DNA from: an uncultured virus (IMG/VR IMGVR_UViG_3300008952_000024)
Taxonomy: Duplodnaviria > Heunggongvirae > Uroviricota > Caudoviricetes
Reading direction: 5' to 3' (one strand)
IMG/VR virus record: IMGVR_UViG_3300008952_000024
Length of the DNA stretch: 64,000 nt
Of this stretch, positions 39,696 to 49,547 are shown in pieces; the first letter of the stretch is position 1; every line of letters begins with the position of its first letter. The notes beneath the pieces are model-generated. The model did no database searches, had not been told where the DNA came from, and was given only the letters and a program-made list of their open reading frames with translations. The translations under genes and the position numbers were made by a program.

Positions 39696-39724
39696 ATTCT
39701 ACCACAAAATCGGTTAGAATACAA
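39696..39724 (-). promoter_or_regulatory. Sigma70-type promoter
   Basis: TTGTAT-17 nt-TAGAAT with extended TG; spacer nearly identical to that of the promoter at 46792. Confidence 0.7.
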
Positions 39725-39766
39725 GGGTCTTTTCCCAGAATTAACCAGTTAAATCCAGGTTTTTCG

Positions 39767-40030
39767 TTAGGCTTCTGGCATCCCGCTAGGACAGAGAAAT
39801 GGAGCCTCAAATCCCGCATCGGACAACATGGAGCCGAGGGCCATCAACATGACAATCGGTCCCTTTAGGTACACAAGGTGGTGCCCGTCTATCCCATTGA
39901 AGCCAAAGTCAATTGTAATATCGAGCTGGTTCAAAACCACGTCAATACCCCTCTCTTCCGCAAAGAGCATAAACATTTCTGGTGTCATCCAGATAGGAAC
40001 AACCATTATTATGTAATCGGATTGCCCCAT
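39767..40030 (-). CDS. Hypothetical protein
   Basis: 87-aa ORF. Confidence 0.5.
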   Translation of the reverse strand: MGQSDYIIMVVPIWMTPEMFMLFAEERGIDVVLNQLDITIDFGFNGIDGHHLVYLKGPIVMLMALGSMLSDAGFEAPFLCPSGMPEA

Positions 40031-40036
40031 ATATAC

Positions 40037-40381
40037 TCATAACGTGGACTCAAGATTATACGCATATTCATGATTCTCTATCAAGACCTTCGCCATTTCC
40101 GCCCAATTAACTTTATCAAGAGCACACTTAAACAGGACTTGCGCCCACGGGGCCATATCTTTATGCCACCTAAATCTCTTTAGATCGCGGTTAAATTCGG
40201 ACTTTATAAAATCCGCCAGCTCTGCTGTTGCCGCATCACGACGCGAAAATACACTGCATCGCTTATGGTTGTTGTATATAACCGGCACCTGACGCTGGAT
40301 AATATGATAACACTCGTACTCATTACCAATGAATACCCACATATGCATCGTTTCTACGTTTGACCACTCGCTACCCATCAC
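40037..40381 (-). CDS. Hypothetical protein
   Basis: 114 aa, GGAGG RBS, ALDKVNWAEMA segment. Confidence 0.6.
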   Translation of the reverse strand: MMGSEWSNVETMHMWVFIGNEYECYHIIQRQVPVIYNNHKRCSVFSRRDAATAELADFIKSEFNRDLKRFRWHKDMAPWAQVLFKCALDKVNWAEMAKVLIENHEYAYNLESTL

Positions 40382-41040
40382 TACCTCCTAGCTATTAATC
40401 GCACCAACGCCTTCCTGTCCTTCTTAAACAGAGGCAAAAACCACCGATCTCTCGGCGAAGTCTTAATACATGTAAACCCAAGCTCATCCCTAGCCGCCGC
40501 TATAGATATGTCCTTTCGCTTTGCCAGTCTGTAGGCCACCCTACGGTGCCTACGAACACCATCTTTGTCAACTACATGCATCTCGGCCTTGGTCTTGCCA
40601 ATATGGATATAGTTAGCCGCCTTATACAAGGTGCCAGTATGCCCTTGGTCGGGATCTGAAAAGCTGATCACATACCTAACTCTATTTTCATCTCGCAATA
40701 CACGATGGCAACTAGACATAAACCTAGTCATTGGATATTTTTCTTTCGGACTAGACCTAGCAAGTCTCTTCAACTCAACCAAGTTCTTTAACGTCACCGT
40801 GAGTCCTGTCACCCTAGTTAAATAACTCTCTTGGTATGGGTTCACGCCATTTCCAAATACCGCCACTGCATACAAAACTGTATTCTTATACAAGCCGAAA
40901 CAAATATTGCGGCCCCGTGGCATACACCCACTGTAATGCCACCTAACAACATGGGCAGATGCCTCATCATAACCTATACGCACACACAACCAACAGTCTG
41001 ATACTGCTGGCCGCTTCCGTGAAAATAGGTCTAACTGCAA
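40381..41040 (-). CDS. Mom-family (GNAT-fold) DNA adenine-modifying protein
   Basis: VRWHYSG, FGLY...AVAVFG, VELKRL, VISFSDPDQGHTGTLYKAANYIHIG: motif order of the Mu Mom family. Confidence 0.78.
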   Translation of the reverse strand: MQLDLFSRKRPAVSDCWLCVRIGYDEASAHVVRWHYSGCMPRGRNICFGLYKNTVLYAVAVFGNGVNPYQESYLTRVTGLTVTLKNLVELKRLARSSPKEKYPMTRFMSSCHRVLRDENRVRYVISFSDPDQGHTGTLYKAANYIHIGKTKAEMHVVDKDGVRRHRRVAYRLAKRKDISIAAARDELGFTCIKTSPRDRWFLPLFKKDRKALVRLIARR

Positions 41041-41043
41041 GGC

Positions 41044-41700
41044 TTACTCCACATCATATCCCATAAGCTCATTATACGAAAACTTACTTCCTAACGCCCT
41101 TCGGATATTGGTTGTAGTTTCTGAAAACCTCTCAACCTTATTACTCATTAACAAAACATGTGAGGGAACATCTAGTTTCCCTTCAACAAAATCCATACCA
41201 TCATTTGTAATACGGTACAGACCAGATGTACGCTTATCTTCATCATCCGATATGGACTTTTCTTTCGCTAAATTCCAAACCGCCAGCCTACTAATCTCAT
41301 TTGTACGAAGGACATAGGTAGGAGCTACGTCTGCAACCTTCACCCATCGCTGACCTGTTTCTCTCTGGTAGTGGTACAACCATATTAATGTTCTGCACAT
41401 CCCCGAATTTAGCTTCCGCTTATAGCGCTTAATAAAACGATTGCACGTCGGGCAATGCGTTCCATCATCGGCATTAGCAAGCATCTCCGCTCTCTGTTTA
41501 GAACGGGTCAGACTTTCTAGCAATACTGTATAAACCCTCGTCGCGGATATTCTTGTATCGAAATCCCATCTGTGAAGATTTGTTTGTATATATAGGCAGC
41601 ACTTCTCCATCTGATCTAAATTAGTTGGTAACCTAGACAAATCGTTCGATACTGCAATTATGTATTCTAACTTCTTCCTATCGTCAGAATGAACATTCAT
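41044..41700 (-). CDS. Zinc-ribbon plus winged-helix-like protein
   Basis: CPTC, RKLNSGM, SGLYRITNDGMDFV. Confidence 0.6.
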   Translation of the reverse strand: MNVHSDDRKKLEYIIAVSNDLSRLPTNLDQMEKCCLYIQTNLHRWDFDTRISATRVYTVLLESLTRSKQRAEMLANADDGTHCPTCNRFIKRYKRKLNSGMCRTLIWLYHYQRETGQRWVKVADVAPTYVLRTNEISRLAVWNLAKEKSISDDEDKRTSGLYRITNDGMDFVEGKLDVPSHVLLMSNKVERFSETTTNIRRALGSKFSYNELMGYDVE

Positions 41701-41708
41701 AGTTCACC

Positions 41709-41999
41709 TCACTGTTCTACTATTTTCACCATATCTGGACGCATCTCAATATAACGTCCGCACTCGTGGCATAGCCTATTAATGGCCCACCAAGGCGGTT
41801 CACGACGATCGCTACCACTAGCCCACTGGCTAACAGCCTGTTCACGCACATCCAGAAGTGCAGCGAGGTCTTTAGACTTCCTACGCTCACCGTTAGAAGC
41901 ACCCTGCTCTATCCACATGTCCCGCAACATTCTAAACAAACTATTACGCGGTGGATCATTACCACGAATTGCAAATATCGGAATTTGTTTACCCATCAC
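41709..41999 (-). CDS. Cro/CI-type HTH regulator
   Basis: SKDLAALLDVREQAVSQWASG. Confidence 0.75.
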   Translation of the reverse strand: MMGKQIPIFAIRGNDPPRNSLFRMLRDMWIEQGASNGERRKSKDLAALLDVREQAVSQWASGSDRREPPWWAINRLCHECGRYIEMRPDMVKIVEQ

Positions 42000-42481
42000 C
42001 CTAGCCTCCGTTTACGGTGGAACGAACCACCAAGTTTATAAAGGTGATCGTTTCTGCATTGAGGAGACATATTAATGACCTCACGCAACTCACGACCACT
42101 CAATCCGTTCAACACAGAAAAACAAGCCTCGGCTTGCTTTGGAGTTGCAACGGAAAGTATCTCTTTAATCCGAATACCTTGTTCAATTTTACTTGGCGTA
42201 CTATCTGAAGCTGGCTGTAATGACAAAATTGACTCATCAGTCAATACCGTATTCTTTGTTTCCCTAAACATATAAATACGCACCTTTCTAGCCCGCCAAT
42301 ACACCCACGAAACCGCAGTTCCACGGTCTTGGTCGTATGAATCAAAGCTCTCAACCAGCTCTATTAATAACCTAGAGCACAAATCATCTGCACAAAGCCC
42401 TTTCGAGCATTTCGCTGCTACACGCTCAATCATCTGGTGATGCTCTAACACCCAACACCACGCCGCACTTTTATCCTGCAT
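41996..42481 (-). CDS. ECF-like sigma factor
   Basis: Region-2-like ADDLCSRLLIELVESFDSYDQDRGTAVSWVYWRAR and region-4-like TPKQ...GLSGRELREVINMS. Confidence 0.65.
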   Translation of the reverse strand: MQDKSAAWCWVLEHHQMIERVAAKCSKGLCADDLCSRLLIELVESFDSYDQDRGTAVSWVYWRARKVRIYMFRETKNTVLTDESILSLQPASDSTPSKIEQGIRIKEILSVATPKQAEACFSVLNGLSGRELREVINMSPQCRNDHLYKLGGSFHRKRRLG

Positions 42482-42532
42482 TTGTCTTCCCTCACATATT
42501 AAATAACCGATTTCGGTAAACTTATCAACTCA

Positions 42533-43099
42533 CTATTTTCCAACGATCCTGTATGCTTGTGGGCATCTGGGGTCTACGGGTGGCCGTTCTTCATACAATT
42601 CCACCTTTGGATAATTCCTCTCACACGCCGTACACACACCCTTTTGTTCCCAGTAACTCCAGTGGTGACAATCAAGAAGTTCAACACCAACTTTACGACT
42701 ATTCCTGGAGGCCCGTACTGGCCCCGACAGGGCTTCAACTGGTTTTACGGGTACTGGCACCGGGTTTGTATCCAAATCACCCACAGGGGGCGTTACGGCA
42801 CCGACAGGTACATCTTTTGGCCTTGGTTGGTTAAACTGCAACCCCACGGGGTTCTTATCGTTGCAAACTGGACACCAAGAGTGTGGCTTCCCAACTGTGT
42901 CACGGCAGACCCTCTGGCCGCGCCTCTCTACGGCTACGTCGTGGGTTTCACACACAAGTAGCCACGGCCCAATAGAGCCATAGCCAGCCTGTTCCGCATG
43001 GTATATGCCAACAGTTAGTCCTGTTTTTGTTTTACGTCGGAGCACGCATCCGGCTTTACCGTCTGTCCTCCACATCTTCCTGCATACGCGAGCCATCAT
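42533..43099 (-). CDS. Cys-rich hypothetical protein
   Basis: CETH, WCPVC, CTAC motifs. Confidence 0.55.
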   Translation of the reverse strand: MMARVCRKMWRTDGKAGCVLRRKTKTGLTVGIYHAEQAGYGSIGPWLLVCETHDVAVERRGQRVCRDTVGKPHSWCPVCNDKNPVGLQFNQPRPKDVPVGAVTPPVGDLDTNPVPVPVKPVEALSGPVRASRNSRKVGVELLDCHHWSYWEQKGVCTACERNYPKVELYEERPPVDPRCPQAYRIVGK

Positions 43100-43538
43100 T
43101 TCTCCGTACTTGTATTGCTGTTAAATTTGGGATCAACTCCATAGATGGTTGGCATCCATAACGTCGAACCCACCTTTCTGAAATCCTCATATAAGTAGCG
43201 GTGTTCGGTCGAAACCAAACATCAGCGTCTAATATCTTCCATAAAATTGTATCAATCAAAACTTGATCTGATTTTGTCTGTTCAAGTTCCCAGTGACTTT
43301 CAAGAATGTAAAACTCACAAACACGTTCATGCATACAACGCCACCGCTTGGACCACTTCCGCAGCCTTAATAACTCTTGTTCAGTTAATCCCTCGGAGCT
43401 ACGAACCGCACCATCACCGCAGAACTCCATCACATTGGCATCGATCAGCTCAAATAGTGAGCCAACCGGCTGCCAATTCTGTAGCGACCGTAACGGTGCG
43501 ACCTCAAGCCACACCGCCATCAAGATGCTGGTTTTCAT
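43056..43538 (-). CDS. Hypothetical protein
   Basis: 160-aa ORF in the gene row. Confidence 0.5.
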   Translation of the reverse strand: MKTSILMAVWLEVAPLRSLQNWQPVGSLFELIDANVMEFCGDGAVRSSEGLTEQELLRLRKWSKRWRCMHERVCEFYILESHWELEQTKSDQVLIDTILWKILDADVWFRPNTATYMRISERWVRRYGCQPSMELIPNLTAIQVRRNDGSRMQEDVEDRR

Positions 43539-43541
43539 TAG

Positions 43542-43886
43542 CTACTCCCTCTGCATAGCGTACCCGCCCTCTAGCAGATCATTTACAACATTATCAACCA
43601 AGTCATTAATTTCATTCGTAAGAAAATCCATAGCCCGCTCGACCTGCTGGTTCCAATAATCCTGTCCTCCGGCAGCCATAGTTGGATCACTGGGATCAAA
43701 GACTACATGGTTCTTAACCCTGTCAATTAACTTATCTCGCGCACAACCAAAATCAAATGAGTCAGCATCCTCAACCGACCCATTTGACTCCAACACATCT
43801 GCAATACGCTTTAGCTGTAAAGCAATCTCTGGCATCGTGCCGCGTATTAATTGTACGCCCATTCTAGTATCGTGTAAGTTTGCCAT
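43542..43886 (-). CDS. Hypothetical protein
   Basis: 114 aa; TRMG...GTMPEIALQLKRIADVLE. Confidence 0.6.
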   Translation of the reverse strand: MANLHDTRMGVQLIRGTMPEIALQLKRIADVLESNGSVEDADSFDFGCARDKLIDRVKNHVVFDPSDPTMAAGGQDYWNQQVERAMDFLTNEINDLVDNVVNDLLEGGYAMQRE

Positions 43887-44046
43887 TTCTATTCCGCTCC
43901 CTCTTAATAAGTATGCGGCGACCGCTTGGAAATACTCTCCAAACAGATCCCCGCATCAATTGAAAGGACAACGCAAACTCTAGGCTGCGCGTCCTCAACC
44001 TGCATTTATGACCACTACGGTCTGTCCCGACAATCAGGTAATACAT
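43864..44046 (-). CDS. Small basic protein
   Basis: 60 aa, coupled to the vWA gene. Confidence 0.4.
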   Translation of the reverse strand: MYYLIVGTDRSGHKCRLRTRSLEFALSFQLMRGSVWRVFPSGRRILIKRERNRNGKLTRY

Positions 44047-44048
44047 GA

Positions 44049-45575
44049 CTACCCCTTCGGAACAAACGCCTTTGCCAACGCCGCTTCTTTATCTTCTGTT
44101 GCATCAAGATCTAAAATCTCATCACAACATTGCTGTAGGGTATCCAGAAGCCCACCACCGACTGTCACACCCATCATGTGAAGTCCGCAGTCCTTCTTTA
44201 CAGACTGTAAGCGCTTTATCGTTTCGTCCGAAACAGCGGCGCATCCATCTGTGACAATAATCAGATCTGCACGATCATTATGACCACCCAGATCTAATCC
44301 AGCATTAATTGGATCATCAAACGTTGTACCACCCGCCGCATTTGTGGTGGCCACCATTAACGATGCCGCTATTGGACCATTCAGTTCCTCGCCGGACAAG
44401 CTACCATTATGGCTAATAAAGATCTGGCGTGCATTACCATGTTTATCTACTTGGACAATATCCCGTATACGGGAATTAAATCCAATAATGGTCACCGACC
44501 GCTTCTGGATTAACCCTGTAGAAATAGCCACAAGCCCAAATGCTCGAGCCAACTCATGGCGACCACCCGTATTCATCGAACCACTCTCATCAAGCAGCAC
44601 AATAATGGGTCCACGCCCAAGAGATTCATTTCCTTCCAGTTTATACTGTAGGAGTTTGCCCTCACTGTACTTTTGAAGAAACAGCTTACGGTACAGTGGG
44701 TGTTTCATCATCGCCAGCTCGCTTGGAACAACACGAGCAAGGTCGCGACCCATCTCGATGTCGACCACTTCCTCGACCGCATAAGAGGAACGCATCTTCT
44801 TATCATTCTCCGCAATGCGGCGCATACGCCCCGCCTTACGCATGATCTCTTTCATACGTTCATTATCCTTCAACAGTTCCGCTAACTTCATGCGATCTGA
44901 TGAATCCTGATCGTGACTTGGTGGCACAGCTTCCGAACCGGGCAACATACCAGACATTGCTTTTTTCGTTTCCGCTGTCTCCTTCGAGGCCGCTTTAACA
45001 GCCTTTCGCAACGCTCCACGAGCCGCCGCCTTTGCCATTTCCAGTGGGCCTGGAAGACCATCCGAATCTTTTTTATGCTGTTCCCGTTCCTCATCGCTCA
45101 TTTGGTCGAGCTTTTCATCTTCTTCCCGCTGCTTCTCGGCGGCGTTTAGAAGATCTGGGAGCTTTTCAGCCAGTTCCGCCACCAATTTACCCGCCGCTAA
45201 AGCAGAAAAGTCGGGGTCACCACTGACCTGCTTACGCAGATTCTCAAAGTCGGAAATCTCGCCCAGGAGATCTTGGGCCATAGGGTGAAACTGTGGCCCG
45301 TTAATCTCGTCCATACGCTCTGGTTTGTTATAGAGCTGGCTGAAAACTTCCAGACCAAGCACCTTGGCTTCGTCCTGTACACTACCCAACTCTATATCGC
45401 TCTCTTCCGTTTCGCGGATATGTGACTGGAGGGTACGAGAAACCGCACCCTCCGAGTCTGACACCACGCCACCATCGAAACGCCTCTTGTTATAGAGGAC
45501 GTTTTGCCACCGAGATGTATCAAACACTCGTTTGTCATGTCCTCTTGTCAGTAGTTTCTTTTTATTATTAGACAT
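44049..45575 (-). CDS. vWA-domain protein (ViaA/CoxE-like)
   Basis: GRDLARVVPSEL, GPIIVLLDESGSM (MIDAS DxSxS), GGTTFD, ADLIIVTDG. Confidence 0.9.
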   Translation of the reverse strand: MSNNKKKLLTRGHDKRVFDTSRWQNVLYNKRRFDGGVVSDSEGAVSRTLQSHIRETEESDIELGSVQDEAKVLGLEVFSQLYNKPERMDEINGPQFHPMAQDLLGEISDFENLRKQVSGDPDFSALAAGKLVAELAEKLPDLLNAAEKQREEDEKLDQMSDEEREQHKKDSDGLPGPLEMAKAAARGALRKAVKAASKETAETKKAMSGMLPGSEAVPPSHDQDSSDRMKLAELLKDNERMKEIMRKAGRMRRIAENDKKMRSSYAVEEVVDIEMGRDLARVVPSELAMMKHPLYRKLFLQKYSEGKLLQYKLEGNESLGRGPIIVLLDESGSMNTGGRHELARAFGLVAISTGLIQKRSVTIIGFNSRIRDIVQVDKHGNARQIFISHNGSLSGEELNGPIAASLMVATTNAAGGTTFDDPINAGLDLGGHNDRADLIIVTDGCAAVSDETIKRLQSVKKDCGLHMMGVTVGGGLLDTLQQCCDEILDLDATEDKEAALAKAFVPKG

Positions 45576-45584
45576 AACTACCCC

Positions 45585-46751
45585 CTACAAGCGGTGAACG
45601 GCTTTGGAAACCGCCGTTGCCAACTTCTGTTGCATGGACATTACTTCATTGGTAAGATCAACGACCTGACCCTGTTGTTCAAGGTCTTGGATTTCGTGAA
45701 TCATCCCCATTAATTCGCCATTGGCTTCCGCCATGCGTCCAATATCATTATTAGTAATATTGGTTAGGTTCAGTTCTACGAACATTTCGGCCGCAGCATC
45801 ACGAATCTCAATCGCCTTACTCAAGTCTGGGCTAACAAGTTCCGCAATCTCGGAGAAAATCGTCGCCCTATCTTCGGGCTTATCCCACAAGCAATCCGCC
45901 AACGGGAAGAAGTCATTGACCGTAGCTGTACTACGACCTTCCAAGACCGCGTTTGCTTGGATGAACTTGATGATTTTCCCCCACCTTCTGTCGCTGGCAA
46001 TAATGCTATGTTTCTCACCCAAGGCGTCTCGAAGATCCATCAGCGGTTCAATAATGTCATCTACATCTACAGAGACTCTAGCCGCCCGCAAGACATTAAG
46101 ATCTTGGTCTGTCAGCTTCGCCGTGATGGATGGGTTACCCGTTGCCGCAATACGCTTGAGCAGTCCACCAAGGGCATCACGGTCGCTGATGTAGCTTACC
46201 CAACGCCGGATGACGAAGCGGTCATACAAGGCGTTTAGTGACTCATCCTCGGGGAGTTCGTTGGACGCCCCAATCGCCATCTTCAATGGAATATCGTGTC
46301 GCTTCCCACCATTGTCGAACTTACGCTCGTTCAGGGCGGTCAGCATCGAATTTAACAATGCTGCATTGGACTTGAAAATCTCGTCCAGAAAAGCAATGTC
46401 AGCTTCCGGCAGGTAACCCGCCGTGTTCCGCTCGAAGCGGCTCTGCTCAAGAGCACCCATATCCAGTGGCCCGTTGATCTCCTCTGGTGTGGAGAACTTA
46501 CTCAACAGGACTTCGAACAATTGGCTATCCATCGACCCGGCCAGCATCTTCGCCAAGAGGCTTTTCGCCGTTCCCGGTGGACCCAACAGTAAGATATGCT
46601 CCTCTGCAACGAGGGCCAACAACGCGGCACGCACATCCACCGTCCTCTCTACCAAGGCAGCATTAAATTGGGTTTCCAGTTCATTTATATTTCCAACCGC
46701 CACACCCACGTCGGGCGCGATGGTCAAGTTAGGGTTTGTTACTTTCGACAT
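45585..46751 (-). CDS. MoxR/RavA-family AAA+ ATPase
   Basis: LLGPPGTAKS, FSTPEE, FLDEIFKSNAALLNSML, ASNELP, ALYDRF, SDRRW. Confidence 0.92.
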   Translation of the reverse strand: MSKVTNPNLTIAPDVGVAVGNINELETQFNAALVERTVDVRAALLALVAEEHILLLGPPGTAKSLLAKMLAGSMDSQLFEVLLSKFSTPEEINGPLDMGALEQSRFERNTAGYLPEADIAFLDEIFKSNAALLNSMLTALNERKFDNGGKRHDIPLKMAIGASNELPEDESLNALYDRFVIRRWVSYISDRDALGGLLKRIAATGNPSITAKLTDQDLNVLRAARVSVDVDDIIEPLMDLRDALGEKHSIIASDRRWGKIIKFIQANAVLEGRSTATVNDFFPLADCLWDKPEDRATIFSEIAELVSPDLSKAIEIRDAAAEMFVELNLTNITNNDIGRMAEANGELMGMIHEIQDLEQQGQVVDLTNEVMSMQQKLATAVSKAVHRL

Positions 46752-46791
46752 TTTTCCTCCTCAATGATCGAATCTTTCAATCATTAATTAC

Positions 46792-46821
46792 ATTATACCA
46801 CAAATTTGGTTAGAACTGCAA
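46792..46821 (-). promoter_or_regulatory. Sigma70-type promoter
   Basis: TTGCAG-18 nt-TATAAT with extended TG; GAGGAGG RBS downstream. Confidence 0.75.
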
Positions 46822-46881
46822 CCCCCCAAAACAAGTTAATCATATTTTTTTACAAGCAACAGGGCTTGGGGGGAGACAAAC

Positions 46882-47430
46882 TTAATTAAAATTATCGCCC
46901 TCCATAGCTAGTTTCATCCCCTCATTCCACATGCCATTAAACACACCAGACATGCCATCAGGCGGCTCCTCTACGTCATTAATTTCTGGTGGGAATACTG
47001 GCCTACCATTAACAATTTCGGAAATATACGTCCGTAATACGCCATTCCCCTCAACCATAAGATTAAGTATTTCCTTTGCGCCAGGATATTCGGACAACGG
47101 CGCATTTGGAAACGAGCGCTTATATGCCATAACCGCCGCAAATTCCGCATCAGTAGCTGGCATTACTACCCACGCTTCTGTGGCGGTTAGTAGGTACTCT
47201 GGCCTAATTGTAGCTACAGAATATACAACCGCCGCACGCACCCTATCCTTATCCATGCCTTGCCAACTATCGTTCGGGTCGGGTGGTGGTATGAAGGCAG
47301 TTTCAACTTTTCCATCATATTCATCTAATATGACAAAGTGAAGCTCTATCTCTTCATTCGTTTCTACCCTATACCCGCACATAAAACTAAAATAGTGATC
47401 CGCGAAATCAAACGCTTCCTTAACTTCCAT
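46882..47430 (-). CDS. Hypothetical protein
   Basis: 182 aa; ATEAWV...KEILNLMVE. Confidence 0.6.
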   Translation of the reverse strand: MEVKEAFDFADHYFSFMCGYRVETNEEIELHFVILDEYDGKVETAFIPPPDPNDSWQGMDKDRVRAAVVYSVATIRPEYLLTATEAWVVMPATDAEFAAVMAYKRSFPNAPLSEYPGAKEILNLMVEGNGVLRTYISEIVNGRPVFPPEINDVEEPPDGMSGVFNGMWNEGMKLAMEGDNFN

Positions 47431-47442
47431 TACTGTACCTCT

Positions 47443-47480
47443 AAAGCAAACCGCGCCCAGAACTCATATCTGGGCGCGGT
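47443..47480 (-). terminator. Rho-independent terminator
   Basis: 12-bp stem ACCGCGCCCAGA / TCTGGGCGCGGT, followed on the minus strand by TTGCTTT. Confidence 0.75.
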
Positions 47481-47493
47481 ATTATGTTTTTAT

Positions 47494-48744
47494 TTATGCA
47501 GCCGCTGACTCATCAGCAGATTCAACTTGTGGCAAACGAACGATCGCCAAAATCCCTTCTTTTGCTTTCAATGTTGCTCGATACCCCAATTCCGCCAAAG
47601 CAGAACCGCCTCCATTCTTTCTGGAGTAAAAACTCTGCCACTTCAAGCCAGATGGCGGCACTCCAGCAGCCTCAAGATCCGCAATTGGAACATCGTAATC
47701 ATCTGGATCGAACCCAATATCCTTAATCAGCTTTTCACGAGCAGCCTCGATAATCGCCTTGAACTTTCGCACATTTCCTGGCGAGGCGTTACTTGTAGAC
47801 TGATCAAAGAGTAGGCCATGCAGAACCTTCTCGCACTCCTCGATCTCCTTATTAAGATCTTCCATCTTAATTTGGAGAGCCTGTCCATATAGGTTCGATT
47901 GGTCCTTCAATTCCTTGAACTGAACAAACACGCTTCCTACCGCATCGGTGCGGGGTCGTGATGCGGAGTCTTTCCAGTTATCAATCTTCTGTTGAAGTTC
48001 GGAAAGGGAATTTCCTAGACTATTCCTCACTCCATGCTCAACCGCTTTCTTGGCACGCGGTGTACTATTAATATCCAGAATAGACAACACACAACCATTA
48101 ATTTGGTCGCAAATTCGCTCAAGACGGTTCAGTTTATCCATCCCATGTGACGTTACATAGTATGGACCACCGCCTGTATTTTTCAGCTTCAATGCACCAG
48201 CCAATCCCAGTTCTGTCTGGATTAACCACGGGCGCAAGAACTCATGACCATAATAGGTTTGGGCCTGTTCAATCTTACCCATCAGGACGCTGATAGCCCC
48301 CTTCACCGACTCCTCTTGGTTGGTGCCAGTCGATAACCACAAATTCGACTTTTTATCCCAAGTGATCGAATCTACTTGGTCATACGCTACCCGTTTCTCA
48401 CCGGGCCGCTTCTTTTGTAGGATACCGACAACAACCATATCATCATCGTCATGGGCAATTTCACCCATGAACTTATCTTTCTTACCACGTCCCAACCGGA
48501 ACGCTCGTCCAACATCCTTCACGGCTTGAGTGGGAACGATCGAAGGCGCAGCACCTCCCCCTTCCGACTTCATCACCGCCGTAAGATCATCTGGCGTAAT
48601 ACGGCATCCAGAAAATTCATAAAAGACAATAGCACCAATGTCGGTGCCAGCCCCTTTCACTTTCTGTGCCGCAGTTTTTTTCTTCCGTGCTCGTGGCTTG
48701 GTAGCCGCTTTTGGCTTTGCAGCCGCTTTTGTTTTCGTAGGCAT
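47494..48744 (-). CDS. First gene of the early cluster; DUF6744-like protein (tentative) with an extra C-terminal domain
   Basis: Lys/Ala-rich N-terminus, IGAIVFYE, GGGPYYV and a coiled coil; strong AAGGAGG RBS; family name is tentative. Confidence 0.6.
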   Translation of the reverse strand: MPTKTKAAAKPKAATKPRARKKKTAAQKVKGAGTDIGAIVFYEFSGCRITPDDLTAVMKSEGGGAAPSIVPTQAVKDVGRAFRLGRGKKDKFMGEIAHDDDDMVVVGILQKKRPGEKRVAYDQVDSITWDKKSNLWLSTGTNQEESVKGAISVLMGKIEQAQTYYGHEFLRPWLIQTELGLAGALKLKNTGGGPYYVTSHGMDKLNRLERICDQINGCVLSILDINSTPRAKKAVEHGVRNSLGNSLSELQQKIDNWKDSASRPRTDAVGSVFVQFKELKDQSNLYGQALQIKMEDLNKEIEECEKVLHGLLFDQSTSNASPGNVRKFKAIIEAAREKLIKDIGFDPDDYDVPIADLEAAGVPPSGLKWQSFYSRKNGGGSALAELGYRATLKAKEGILAIVRLPQVESADESAAA

Positions 48745-49011
48745 GATCGCCCTCCTTCTTCCGAGGTCAGTAACAAACTACGTTACCGGGTAGGTCAACC
48801 CATTCATCAGGCTGACCCTCTCTATATATCATCCACCATACAAACATTGAAACCGATTTAACGGAAAAAACTACACTCGGCCAAAACACCCTTCAAACCA
48901 GGATTTTCGGGGGCAATTTTTTTAACTTTTTTTTCCAGAACACACTTGGCCAGGAATCCGAACGGGGCAAAAGGCACGAACAAAGGGAGTTTTCATTAAC
49001 TCTCAATAAGA

Positions 49012-49251
49012 TTACCTAGAAGAAACGTTTTTATCAACTTTAGTATCTGCCAGCTCTTTTACTGGATTCGAACCGTCAACTGCCTTTCCATCAACATATG
49101 CTTGGCCAAAAATATAACTAATTAAGATAGCGCTAGATGCTGTAAGAGCTTGTTCTAGCGTAAATTCTTGCGATAGATATTGTCCAAGAATTGGTCCGAC
49201 TGCACCAATGATTGCCAGCCAGAATTTTCTAGATTTAAGTTTGTCCATCAT
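49012..49251 (-). CDS. Holin-like protein
   Basis: MDKLKSRKFWLAII, two TM segments, YIFGQAYVD. Confidence 0.7.
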   Translation of the reverse strand: MMDKLKSRKFWLAIIGAVGPILGQYLSQEFTLEQALTASSAILISYIFGQAYVDGKAVDGSNPVKELADTKVDKNVSSR

Positions 49252-49380
49252 GCACCTCGTTTTATGTTTTTTAGCATTGTTTTAGAGGTAATTGCAAATT
49301 TGTCGAGTTGAGTTTTCGAATTGAGAAAAAGAATAAAAAAATTTCTTTATTAAGGAGAAATTTTCGTCGTGTTTGGCGGC

Positions 49381-49465
49381 GTTTTTTTTCGTTTTGTTGT
49401 TTTGTTGTTTTGTTGTTTTGTTTGTTGGGTGGTTTTTGAAGTTTTTTTAATTTTTTTTAATTTTG
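49381..49465 (+). repeat. T/G low-complexity tract with TTTTGTTG tandem units
   Basis: gttttgttgttttgttgttttgttgttttg at the strand-switch intergenic region. Confidence 0.8.
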
Positions 49466-49547
49466 TGGTCAGATAAAAGGGGTTTTGTCACCAAGGTAAT
49501 AGGGCGGGAATGGTTCCCCCTTTAATCAAAATAAATGACAGGTCATA

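Noticed and set aside
48765..48820. Hammerhead ribozyme (CUGAUGA on the minus strand)
   Set aside because: The GAAA core after the putative stem II is missing (reads GGTAA); a simple hairpin explains it.
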